This document shows positions 12,324 to 24,300 of a stretch of 64,000 nt of DNA, piece by piece; within the stretch, counting starts at the first letter, position 1, and every line of letters begins with the position of its first letter. Made by a program: the position numbers and the translations under genes. A model generated the notes under the pieces. That model was not told the DNA's origin and made no database searches. It saw nothing but the letters and a program-made list of their open reading frames with translations. The stretch comes from Heteronotia binoei (lineage: Eukaryota), in the NCBI RefSeq assembly GCF_032191835.1, contig NC_083231.1, positions 126,418,001 to 126,482,000 of the forward strand, given 5' to 3'.

Positions 12324-15300
12324 ATGGCGGCGCGGTGGGCGCTGCGGGCGGGGGTGGCGGCGGGGCGGGGCTGGGGCTGGGGGCGGGGCTGGGCGGGCGC
12401 GGGGGGGGCGGCGGCGGCCGTGCTGGTGGGCGGGGACGGGGAGGGGCGCCGTGGGGATCACCGCCCCTCCCCGCGAGGCACCTTCAACTTCATCGCCGAC
12501 GTGGCCGAGAAGACCGCCCCCGCCCTCGTCTACGTGGAGATCCTGGGCAGGTGAGGGAGGGGGAGGAGAGGCCCCCCCAAGCAGAGCCCCCAGCGCCCCC
12601 TCCCCCGTCTCCATGGAGATCCTGAGCGGGGGGGGAGGGGGAGGAGAGGCCCCCCCAAGCAGAGCCCCCAGCGCCCCCTCCCCCGTCTCCATGGAGATCC
12701 TGAGCGGGGGGGGGAGGGGGAGGAGAGGGGGCCCCCCAGGACCCCCTCCCCTTGTCTCTATGGAGAGCCTGAGCGGGGGGGGGGAGGGGGAGGAGAGGGG
12801 CCCCCCAGCGCCCCCTCCCCCCGTCTCCATGGAGATCCTGAGCAGGGGGGGAGGGGGAGGAGAGGCCCCCCCAAGCAGAGCCCCCAGCGCCCCCTCCCCC
12901 GTCTCCATGGAGATCCTGAGCGGGGGGGGAGGGGGAGGAGAGGGGCCCCCCAGGACCCCCTCCCCTTGTCTCTATGGAGAGCCTGAGCGGGGGGGGGGGA
13001 GGGGGAGGAGAGGGGCCCCCCAGCGCCCCCTCCCCCCGTCTCCATGGAGATCCTGAGCAGGGGGGGAGGGGGAGGAGAGGCCCCCCCAAGCAGAGCCCCC
13101 AGCGCCCCCTCCCCCGTCTCCATGGAGATCCTGAGCGGGGGGGGAGGGGGAGGAGAGGGGCCCCCCAGGACCCCCTCCCCTTGTCTCTATGGAGAGCCTG
13201 AGCGGGGGGGGGAGGGGGAGGAGAGGGGCCCCCCAGCGCCCCCTCCCCCCGTCTCCATGGAGATCCTGAGCGGGGGGGGAGGAGAGGGGCCCCCCAGCGC
13301 CCCCTCCCCCGTCTCCATGGAGATCCTGAGCGGGGGGGGAGGAGAGGGGCCCCCCAGCGCCCCCTCCCCCCCGTCTCCATGGAGATCCTGAGCGGGGGGG
13401 GGAGGGGGAGGAGAGGGCCCCCCAGAACCCCTCCCCCCGTCTCCATGGAGATCCTGAGCAGATGGGGGAGGGGGAGGAGAGGGCCCCCCCAGCACCCCCT
13501 CCCCCCATCTCCATGGAGATCCTGAGCGGGGGGGAGGAGAGGGGCCCCCCAGCGCCCCCTCCCCCCGTCTCCATGGAGATCCTGAGCGGGGGGGGGGAGG
13601 GGGAGGAGAGGGCCCCCCAGAACCCCTCCCCCCCGTCTCCATGGAGATCCTGAGCAGATGGGGGAGGGGGAGGAGAGGGCCCCCCAGCACCCCCTCCCCC
13701 CATCTCCATGGAGATCCTGGGCAGGGGAGGGAGGGGGAGGAGAGGAGAGGGGCCCCCAGCACCCCCCCCCCTCTCCATGGAGAGCCTGAGCAGGTGGGGG
13801 AGGAGAGGGGCCCCCCAGCACCCCCCATCTCCATGGAGATCCTGAGCAGGGGAGGGAGGGGAAGGAGAGGGGCCCCCCAGACCCCCTCCCCCCCCCCGCC
13901 CCGTCTCCATGGAGATCCTGCATGGGATGGAGAACGTAGAGAAAGAAGTCCTTTTCTCCCTTTCTCACAATACAAGAACTCGTGGGCATTCGATGAAATT
14001 GCTGAGCAGTCGGGTTAGAATGGATAGAAGGAAGTACTTCTTCACCCAAAGGGTGATTAACATGTGGAATTCACTGCCACAGGAGGTGGCGGCCGCAAGC
14101 ATAGCCACCTTCAAGAGGGGGTTAGATAAAAATATGGAGCACAGGTCCATCAGTGGCTATTAGCCACAGTGTGTGTGTATATATAAAATTTTTTGCCCCT
14201 GTGTGACACAGAGTGTTGGACTGGATGGGCCATTGGCCTCATCCAACATGGCTTCTCTTATGTTCTTATGTTCAGCACAGCTTTCTAAAGGGGACAGAAA
14301 GATGAATGGGACAGAGGAGCCTGATGCTACTGTAGGCCACTCAGCAGCCCCCTTTGCTCTGAGGCAAGACCCATTGGCTAGCCAGCCCCAACCCTCCTGA
14401 GCAGCCAGCAGCTGCACCCAGCAGCTCTGAACTCACTTGCAGGTGGAGGCAAAGGAGCACAAGACAGGCCTCACTCACGCTCCTCCTCCTCCACCCCTCG
14501 CGGGCCTGCTGGCCTGGCCTGTGGAAGAACCTTTTGCCGGGGCCTCCGGCGTCTCCCCTCCTCCCTTGGGACGCACCATCGCCCTCTTCTCTTGTCGCCC
14601 TAGGCATCCCTTCTCGGGGCGGGAGCTGCCCATCTCCAACGGCTCTGGCTTTGTGGTGTCTGCAGATGGCCTCATTGTGACCAACGCTCACGTCGTGGCC
14701 AACCGCAGGCGGGTGAGGGTGAGGCTGGCCAGTGGGGAGCTCTACAACGCTGTCGTGCGGCAGGTCGACCAGGTCGCTGACATCGCCACCATCAAGATCG
14801 ACCCCAAGGTGCCAGGGGGCAAGGGCTTTTGCAACCCCCCAGGCACAGGCAGACCCCCAGATCCCTCAAGCTTCACACGCAGTGGGAGGCAGCTGTTCTG
14901 TGAGTGAGCCGATCTGAGCGGGGATTCCCGGTTCTAGACAGCGGATGATCCAGAGATGCTCCAAAGCACTCCCCCAAAGGCCTCTTTGTGTTGCCTCAGT
15001 GGGGGGGGTGGTGGAAGGAAGTGCTTGCCAAGGCAAGGTGCCACCCTAGGTGTCTGTCTCTTCCTCTCCCCACAGCACCCCTTACCCACCTTGCCCTTGG
15101 GCCGCTCTTCCGAGGTGCGCCAGGGGGAGTTTGTGGTGGCCATGGGCAGTCCTTTTGCCCTCCAGAACACCGTTACGTCTGGCATCGTCAGCTCAGTCCA
15201 GCGAGGAGGGCGGGAACTAGGCCTGGCCGCCTCGGACATGGAGTACATCCAGACAGATGCTGCCATCGACGTGAGGCCCCTCTGGATCCTCTCCCTGGGC

Positions 15301-18300
15301 TGGGGAGGGGATTGGAAGGGGCTGGGACCTTTCTCCGCAAGGGCTTTGGCCACTTGGGCCCTTCGGGAGCTCCTACTCAGGATACCTTTCCTCCCCCCCC
15401 CCTTTCTCCTCCACAGTTTGGGAACTCTGGTGGCCCTCTGGTCAACCTGGTAAGTGTTCCGGGTTCTGCTGCATGGGAGAGGCAGGGGGCCCCTGGGGGC
15501 CCCGGAGGGCTTCTGCCTCTTCCTTGTGGCTGCTTGGGGGATGGGGAGGGGATGGCCTTCCCTCTCGAGGGCCTCCTGGGGCAGATGGCGGTTTAGTTCC
15601 CAGCCTTCTTCCTGCCTTCTGGGCTGCAGGGGTCCCCCCTCCCCCTTCTGGTGCAGTCGGAGTTGCAGACAGCTGCCAGGGTGACTTTGTCCTCTCCTAG
15701 GATGGCGAGGTGATTGGCGTCAACACTATGAAGGTGACGGCCGGGATTTCCTTTGCCATCCCCTCTGACCGGCTGCGGGCCTTCCTGGAGGAGGAGGGGA
15801 AGCAGACGGGTGCGTGCGTGGGGGCAGCCCCCCCCAACAATGCTGCCACATGGGGTGATCTTAGTGCTTGCTGCCCCTTTGCTGTTTCACTGTTGGGGGG
15901 GCTTGCTTTCCAGGCTGCTTTCCCCTGGGGGGGCGGCTGGGGGGCTTCAGGGTCCCTTGTGGTGGGGGCTGGCTGAGCCGTTTGGGAGGAGCACAGCGCC
16001 CCCTGGCTGACGGCCTCTCCTCTTGCAGGCTCCTGGTTTGGCGGCGCAGAGGGGAAGCGGCGCTACATTGGTGTGATGATGCTGACCCTGACCCCCAGGT
16101 GAGCAGGAGTCTCCCAGCCTCAGGCAGCTGCAGCTGTCCTCCTCCTCCCCTCTCCTCCGGTAGGCGGTTCTATTTAATTCTGAACTATCTCCTCCAGGGT
16201 TAAACCCGCCAGGCTCCATAGAGCACAGGAGAGTTGTGTTTTTCTGCAGGCTGGAGGAAGCTCCAAGGGTTTAAAAACTGTAGAATAGCCCAAGCCCTGC
16301 TTGCTTCCTAAAGGAGAGAATGCCGCCAGCCTCTTGTGAGGTTTTGGGTAGCCATTTTGGGGTCAGTTGGGCCTTGCTGAAGATTCTAATCCTCGGTTAA
16401 GAACATAAGAGAAGCCCTGTGGGATCAGACCAGTGGCCCCTCCAGTCCAACACTCTGTGTCTCATAAGAACATAAGAGAGGCCCTGTTGGATCAGGCCAA
16501 TAGCCCATCCAGTCCAACACTCTGTGTCACAGAAGAACATAAGAGAAGCCCTGTGGATCAGGCCAGTGGCCCATCCAGTCCAACACTCTGTGTCTCATAA
16601 GAACATAAGAGAAGCCCTGTTGGATCAGGCCAGTGGCCCATCCAGTCCAACACTCTGTGTCACAGAAGAACATAAGAGAAGCCCTGTGGATCAGGCCAGT
16701 GGCCCATCCAGTCCAACACTCTGTGTCACATAAGAACATAAGAGAAGCCCTGTTGGATCAGGCCAGTGGCCCCTCCAGTCCAACACTCTGTGTCACATAA
16801 GAACATAAGAGAAGCCCTGTTGGATCAGGCCAGTGGCCCACCCAGTCCAACACTCTGTTCACATAAGAACATAAGAGAAGCCATGTTGGATCAGGCCAGT
16901 GGCCCATCCAGTCCAACACTCTGTGTCATATAAGAACATAAGAGAAGCCATGTTGGATCAGGCCAGTGGCCCATCCAGTCCAACACTCTGTGTCATATAA
17001 GAACATAAGAGAAGCCATGTTGGATCAGGCCAGTGGCCCCTCCAGTCCCACACTCTGGGTCACATAAGAACATAAGAGAAGCCCTGTTGGATCAGGCCGA
17101 TGCCCCCTCCAGCCCAACACTCTGTGTCACATAAGAACATAAGAGAAGCCCTGTTGGATCAGGCCAGTGGCCCATCCAGTCCAACACTCTGTGTCACAGA
17201 AGAACATAAGAGAAGCCCTGTGGATCAGGCCAGTGGCCCATCCAGTCCAACACTCTGTGTCACATAAGAACATAAGAGAAGCCCTGTTGGATCAGGCCAG
17301 TGGCCCCTCCAGTCCAACACTCTGTGTCACATAAGAACATAAGAGAAGCCCTGTTGGATCAGGCCAGTGGCCCACCCAGTCCAACACTCTGTTCACATAA
17401 GAACATAAGAGAAGCCATGTTGGATCAGGCCAGTGGCCCATCCAGTCCAACACTCTGTGTCATATAAGAACATAAGAGAAGCCATGTTGGATCAGGCCAG
17501 TGGCCCATCCAGTCCAACACTCTGTGTCATATAAGAACATAAGAGAAGCCATGTTGGATCAGGCCAGTGGCCCCTCCAGTCCAACACTCTGTATCACATA
17601 AGAACATAAGAGAAGCCCTGTTGGATCAGGCCAATGGCCCTTCCAGTCCAACACTCTGTGTCACATAAGAACATAAGAGAAGCCCTACTGGATCAGACCA
17701 GTGGCCCATCCAGTCCAACACTCTGTGGCACATAAGAACGTAAGAGAAGCCCTGTTGGATCAGGCCAGTGGCCCATCCAGTCCAACACTCTGTGTCACAT
17801 AAGAACATAAGAGAAGCCCTGTTGGATCAGGCCAATGGCCCATCCAGTCCAACACTCTGTGCCACAGAAGAACATAAGAGAAGCCCTGCTGGATCAGGCC
17901 ACTGGCCCCTCCAGTCCAACACTCCGTGTCACATAAGAACATAAGAGAAGCCATGTTGGATCAGGCCAGTGGCCCATCCAGTCCAACACTCTGAGTCACA
18001 TAAGAACATAAAAGAAGCCCTGTTGGATCAGGCCAATGGCTCATCCAGTCCAACACTCTGTGTCACATAAGAACATAAGAGAAGCCCTGTTGGATCAGGC
18101 CAGTGGCCCCTCCAGTCCAACACTCTGTGTCACATAAGAAAATAAGAGAAGCCGTGTTGGATCAGGCCAGTGGCCCCTCCAGTCCAACACTCTGAGTCAC
18201 ATAAGAACATAAGAGAAGCCATGTTGGATCAGGCCAGTGGCCCCTCAAGTGCAACACTTTGTGTCACATAAGAACATAAGAGAAGCCCTGTTGGATCAGG

Positions 18301-21300
18301 CCAGTGGCCCCTCCAGTCCAACACTCTGTGTCACATAAGAAAATAAGAGAAGCCATGTTGGATCAGGCCAGTGGCCCATCCAGTCCAACACTCTGTGTCA
18401 CATAAGAACATAAGAGAAGCCATGTTGGATCAGGCCAGTGGCCCATCCAGTCCAACACTCTGTGTCATATAAGAACATAAGAGAAGCCATGTTGGATCAG
18501 GCCAGTGGCCCATCCAGTCCAACACTCTGTGTCATATAAGAACATAAGAGAAGCCATGTTGGATCAGGCCAGTGGCCCCTCCAGTCCAACACTCTGTATC
18601 ACATAAGAACATAAGAGAAGCCCTGTTGGATCAGGCCAATGGCCCTTCCAGTCCAACACTCTGTGTCACATAAGAACATAAGAGAAGCCCTACTGGATCA
18701 GACCAGTGGCCCATCCAGTCCAACACTCTGTGGCACATAAGAACGTAAGAGAAGCCCTGTTGGATCAGGCCAGTGGCCCATCCAGTCCAACACTCTGTGT
18801 CACATAAGAACATAAGAGAAGCCCTGTTGGATCAGGCCAATGGCCCATCCAGTCCAACACTCTGTGCCACAGAAGAACATAAGAGAAGCCCTGCTGGATC
18901 AGGCCACTGGCCCCTCCAGTCCAACACTCCGTGTCACATAAGAACATAAGAGAAGCCATGTTGGATCAGGCCAGTGGCCCATCCAGTCCAACACTCTGAG
19001 TCACATAAGAACATAAAAGAAGCCCTGTTGGATCAGGCCAATGGCTCATCCAGTCCAACACTCTGTGTCACATAAGAACATAAGAGAAGCCCTGTTGGAT
19101 CAGGCCAGTGGCCCCTCCAGTCCAACACTCTGTGTCACATAAGAAAATAAGAGAAGCCGTGTTGGATCAGGCCAGTGGCCCCTCCAGTCCAACACTCTGA
19201 GTCACATAAGAACATAAGAGAAGCCATGTTGGATCAGGCCAGTGGCCCCTCAAGTGCAACACTTTGTGTCACATAAGAACATAAGAGAAGCCCTGTTGGA
19301 TCAGGCCAGTGGCCCCTCCAGTCCAACACTCTGTGTCACATAAGAAAATAAGAGAAGCCATGTTGGATCAGGCCAGTGGCCCATCCAGTCCAACACTCTG
19401 TGTCACATAAGAACATAAGAGAAGCCCTGTTGGATCAGGCCAGTGGCCCATCCAGTCCAACACTCTGAGTCACATAAGAACATAAGAGAAGCCATGTTGG
19501 ATCAGGCCAGTGGCCCATCCAGTCCAACACTCTGAGTCACATAAGAACATAAGAGAAGCCATGTTGGATCAGGCCAGTGACGCCCACTCACCCAGCCTCA
19601 ACAGATCCCTTTGGACTTCCTCACAATCCTCTCTGGTTCTCACCACCCTGAACAATTTAGTCTCATCTGCAAACTTGGCCACTTCACTGCTTACTATCAA
19701 CTCCAAATCATTTATGAACAAGTTAAAGAGCATGGGACCCAGTACTGAGCCGTGCGGCACTCCACTGCTTACCGTCCTCCACTGCGAAGACTGCCCATTT
19801 ATACTCACTCTCTGCTCCCTATTAATTAGTCAGTTTTTGATCCACAAGTGGACCTGTCCTTTTACTCTATGACTCGAGCTTACTAAGAAGCCTTTGATGA
19901 GGAACTTTATCAAAAGCTTTCTGGAAGTCAAGGTAAACAATATCTATCGGGTCTCCTTTGTCCACATGTTTGTTCACCCCCTCAAAGAAATGTAACAGGT
20001 TAATGAGGCAAGATCTTCCCTTACAGAACCCATGCTGAGTCTTCCTCAATAACTCGTATTCATCAATGTGCCTACTCATTCTGTCCTTGATAATGGTTTC
20101 TACCAACTTTCCCGGTATTGAAGTCAGACTGACTGGCCTGTAGTTTCCCGGATCTCCTCTGGAACCCTTTTTAAAGATGGGGGTGACATTTGCTACCTTC
20201 CAGTCCTCAATGAAAGATTACATATTTTTGTCAGAAGATCCACAAGTTGAACTTTGAGTTTTTTCAGAACTCTGGGATGTATGCCATCCGGACCTGATGA
20301 CTTATTAGTTTTTAATTCGTCTCTCAGTTGTAGCACCTCCTCTCTTGTCACCTCAATCTGACTCAGGTCTTTCAACACCCCTTCCAATATAAGTGGTTCT
20401 GGAGCAGGCAAACACTTCTCATCTTCCACAGTGAAGACGTAAGCAAAAAATGCATTCAGCTTCTCAGCCATTTCCCTATCCTCCTTCAGTAATCCTTTGA
20501 CCCCTTGGTCATCCAAGGGCCCCACTGCCTCCCTGGCTGGTTTCCTGCTTCTAATATATTTGAAGAAATTTTAATTGTTGGTCTTTATGTTTTTTGCAAT
20601 ATGCTCCTCATAGTCCCTTTTTGCCTGCCTGATCACAGTCTTGCATTTGATTTGCCACTGCCTGTGTTCCCTTTTATTAATCTCACTTGGACTAGCTTTC
20701 CACCGCTTAAAGGAGTCGTCCTTACTTTTTACAGCTTTCATTACTTTGTTTGTTAACCATGCAGGCCTTCCCTTATACCTGTTTGTACCTTTCCTAACTT
20801 GTGGTATATATTTTATCTGACTTTCTAGGATTGTAGTTTTAAATAGCCTCCAAGCTTCCCCAAGGGTTTTGACTGCATTTATCTTTCCTTTCAGTTTCCT
20901 CTTCACATGCCTCCTCATCTCAGAGAAGTTACCCCTTTTAAAGTTAAACGTGGTTGTGCCGGTCTTTTGGGGCAACTCTCTATTTATACAAATGGTGAAA
21001 TCAATAACGTTATGGTCACTGCTCCCAAGCGGTGTGATCACTTTTACATCTCTCACCAAGTCTTGGGCATTACTTAGGACCAAATCCAGGATCGCCCCAC
21101 CCCTGGTAGGTTCAGAGACCATCTGCTCCATAGCACAGGCATTGAGAGCATCAAGAAACCCAATCTCTTTCTCTCGACCAGAACACATATTGACCCAATC
21201 AATCTGCAGGTAGTTAAAATCACCTATGATAACACAGGTCTTACATCTAGCCACTATCTTTACGCCTTCCATCATATTATAGTCGTTCTCTATCTTTTGA

Positions 21301-24300
21301 TTTGGTGGGCGATAACAAACTCCCATAGTTAAATTTCCTTTTGGGCCCTCTATTTCGACCCAAAGCATTTCTAGAAGGGAATCTAATTCTCTGACCTCAG
21401 TCTTACTGGACCATATGCCCTCTCTGACATACAGAGCCACCCCACCTCCAACCCTTCCCTCCCTATCCTTCCGATATAACTTATATCCAGGAATCACCAT
21501 GTCCCACTGATTCTCCTCATTCCACCAAGTTTCTGAAATTCCCACAATGCCTCTGTTTTCTCCCAACACTAAACATTCCAATTCACCAATTTCACTTTGA
21601 AGACTTCTAGCATTTGTGTACAAACAGCTATAATTTCCCAGGCAAGCCAGGCCCGCCACCTTCCTCCTGCTGCCTCGAGACTCTGGCAGGCAGTCCATTC
21701 TGTTTGTCACCATCTCAGTGGACAACTCTGGTCCATTACCTGGTAGAAAAGTAACAGCTAACCCTTCATCTCTTTGAAATGGGTCCTCCCGAACCATAGA
21801 CATTTCCTCTCCTGTCAGCTTTCCCCTAAGATTTAGTTAAAAAACTGCTCTGCCACCTTTTTGATTTTAAGTGCCAGCAGCCTGGTTCCATCCGGGGACA
21901 AGTGGAGACCGTCTCTTTTGTACAGCTCCCGTTTGTTCCAGAAAGCATCCCAGTGTCTAACAAACTTAAACCCTTCCTCCTTACACCATCGTCTCATCCA
22001 TACATTGAGACTTCTAATTTGTGCCTATCTCTCCAGCCCTGCACGTGGAATAGGTAGCACTTCTGAGAAAGCTACCTTGGAGGTCCTGGCCTTAAGTCTC
22101 CCGCCTAGCAGCCTAAATTTTTCCTCCAGGACCTCACGACTGCATTTCCCCACATCGTTGGTGCCAACATGCACCACGACCACTGGCTCCTCCCCAGCAC
22201 TGTCTATCAGCCTATCTACTACACGCGTAATGTCTGCTACATTCGCACCAGGCAGGCAAGTCACCATACGGTCAGTATGCGGTTTCGCCACCCAGACGTC
22301 TACTTGCCTAAGGATCGAATCGCCAACTTCCAAGACCCCCCCTCTCTCCCTGCCCAGGGATGGTTCCTTGGCGCGAAAGGATTTCCGCTCACCAACTGAA
22401 GAAGAGGTCCCTTCTGAGGGCACATTCCCCTTATCCTCAGCCCGGTGTCCTGTTCCCTCTCGACCCTCATGCTCCCTAGTAGCAACGGGGCTGCCATGTT
22501 CAGAGCGGGGCTCATCTAACACGTCCCTGAGAGTCTTCTCCGAGTGCCTAACTGACTGTCTCTGCTTCTCCAGGTCAGTCACCTCAGTCTCAAGGGTACG
22601 AACTCGTTCCCTGAGGACCAGGAGCTCCTTGCATCGAGCACACACCGAAGACTTCTGTCCTGTGGGCAGATAGTCATACAGGTGATACTCAATGCAAAAC
22701 ACTGGAAAGCCCTCACCTCCCTGCTGGCATTCTACCTTCATGATAGCTTTTTAAAAATATACAGTCCCCTTTTAAACCCTGTTTAAGTGGCTCCCCACCT
22801 GGAGAGTCTACTTACCTTATTGGGAACACAAGGAATCTGGGTTCCTGGTCCTTACACAGCCCCCAGGCCAAGAGCCCTTTAGCTCTCACCCTTCGGTTCG
22901 CGCCTCTGGCAAGGTGCAGCTTAATAATGCAGAGGGTGGGGAACACAGCCACTCCTAATCAATCAAGTTAGTGTGTGTGTGGGGGGAGAGGCTGGAAGGT
23001 AAGCGGTAGAGAAAGGGAAGAGAACGGGAATAGAAAGGGAAGAGTATAGCCACCTTCAAGAGGGGTTTAGATAAAAATATGGAGCGCTGGTCCATCAGTG
23101 GCTATTAGCCACAGTGTGTGTGTATATATAAAATTTTTGCCACTGTGTGACACAGAGTGTTGGACTGGATGGGCCGTTGGCCTGATCCAACATGGCTTCT
23201 CTTATGTTCTTAATGCTGGAGGGGGGAAGAGGGAAATTGTGACAAGAGGAGCCCTTGAAGGATGTGGCCTTTTGCTGGCCTCCCCCTCTCTGGGGACTGG
23301 TGCTTGAGGGAGCTGGAGACTTATGGGGATCCCTGAAGGTGTTGCTGTTGTGTTGCAATTTATAAATCCTGTTTTAATTGCTTGACCTCTGTTGTAACCT
23401 GCCCTGAACTCACTTAGGAAAGGCGGGATATAAATGCAAGGACACAAGCGGGTGGAGGGGGACAGGATAGGGCTGAGGGCAGAAGAGGGTGTTTGGGTGG
23501 GCTCTGCTAGGTGTGTGGCAAAAGGAAGAGCAGCAACGGAGGAGGGGGGACGAGAGTCTCTTGGGCTCCTCCACCGTGTAGCTTTGTGTAGGGCGGAAGA
23601 GGCAGGCAGAGGCCTTGGAGCATCTGTGAGGCAAGCCAGGGCTCCCAGCATCGGTCCCAGCTGTGAAAAGGGCAGCTCAGAAGACCTTGACCTGAGGCCC
23701 TGGAGGGCAGAGTCTGACTCAGAGAAAGGTCCCTCCATCCGTGCATCTCCCTGGGCTGTTGGCTGGCTTTGGGCCTTGGTTTCTGCACCCTGCAAAGTGG
23801 GCAGCTTTGTGGCACTGCTAGGATGAGGACGACAGTCAAGGGGAGGCCCCCAGCCCTGGATCAGCCCCCTCCTTGGGTGGGCAGCTGGGGTGACTCATGG
23901 TGCCAGGCAGAAGCGCCCCCCCCCCAGTAATCCTGCCCTCCAACAGGAGGCTCCTCACAAATGCCCCACAGGTGCAGCTTCTTGATGTGGGCAGTGCACG
24001 GCCCCCAAGGGGCTTGGCCAGAGAGCGCCCTCTAGGCTCCCTTGGCTCCAGACGCACTGACCTTGGGATCTCCCGCCCTCCCCTGCCCTCTACAGTATCC
24101 TGTCTGAGCTGAAGCTGCGGGATCCGGCCTTCCCTGACGTGCCTTACGGGGTCCTCATCCACAAGGTGATCTTTGGCTCTCCGGCTCATCAGTAAGTGCA
24201 AGGGGGCTCCTCCTTGGCAGGGGGTGGGGGGGCTGCAGCAGGTGCCTGTCCTGCGCACGGGATCCCCTTCCCCTCTTCCTCTCCTCCTTTGTCCCCAGAG

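Noticed and set aside
16397-19578. Regular array superficially like a CRISPR
   Set aside because: There are no unique spacers, the context is eukaryotic, and the unit is the CR1 3' tail.
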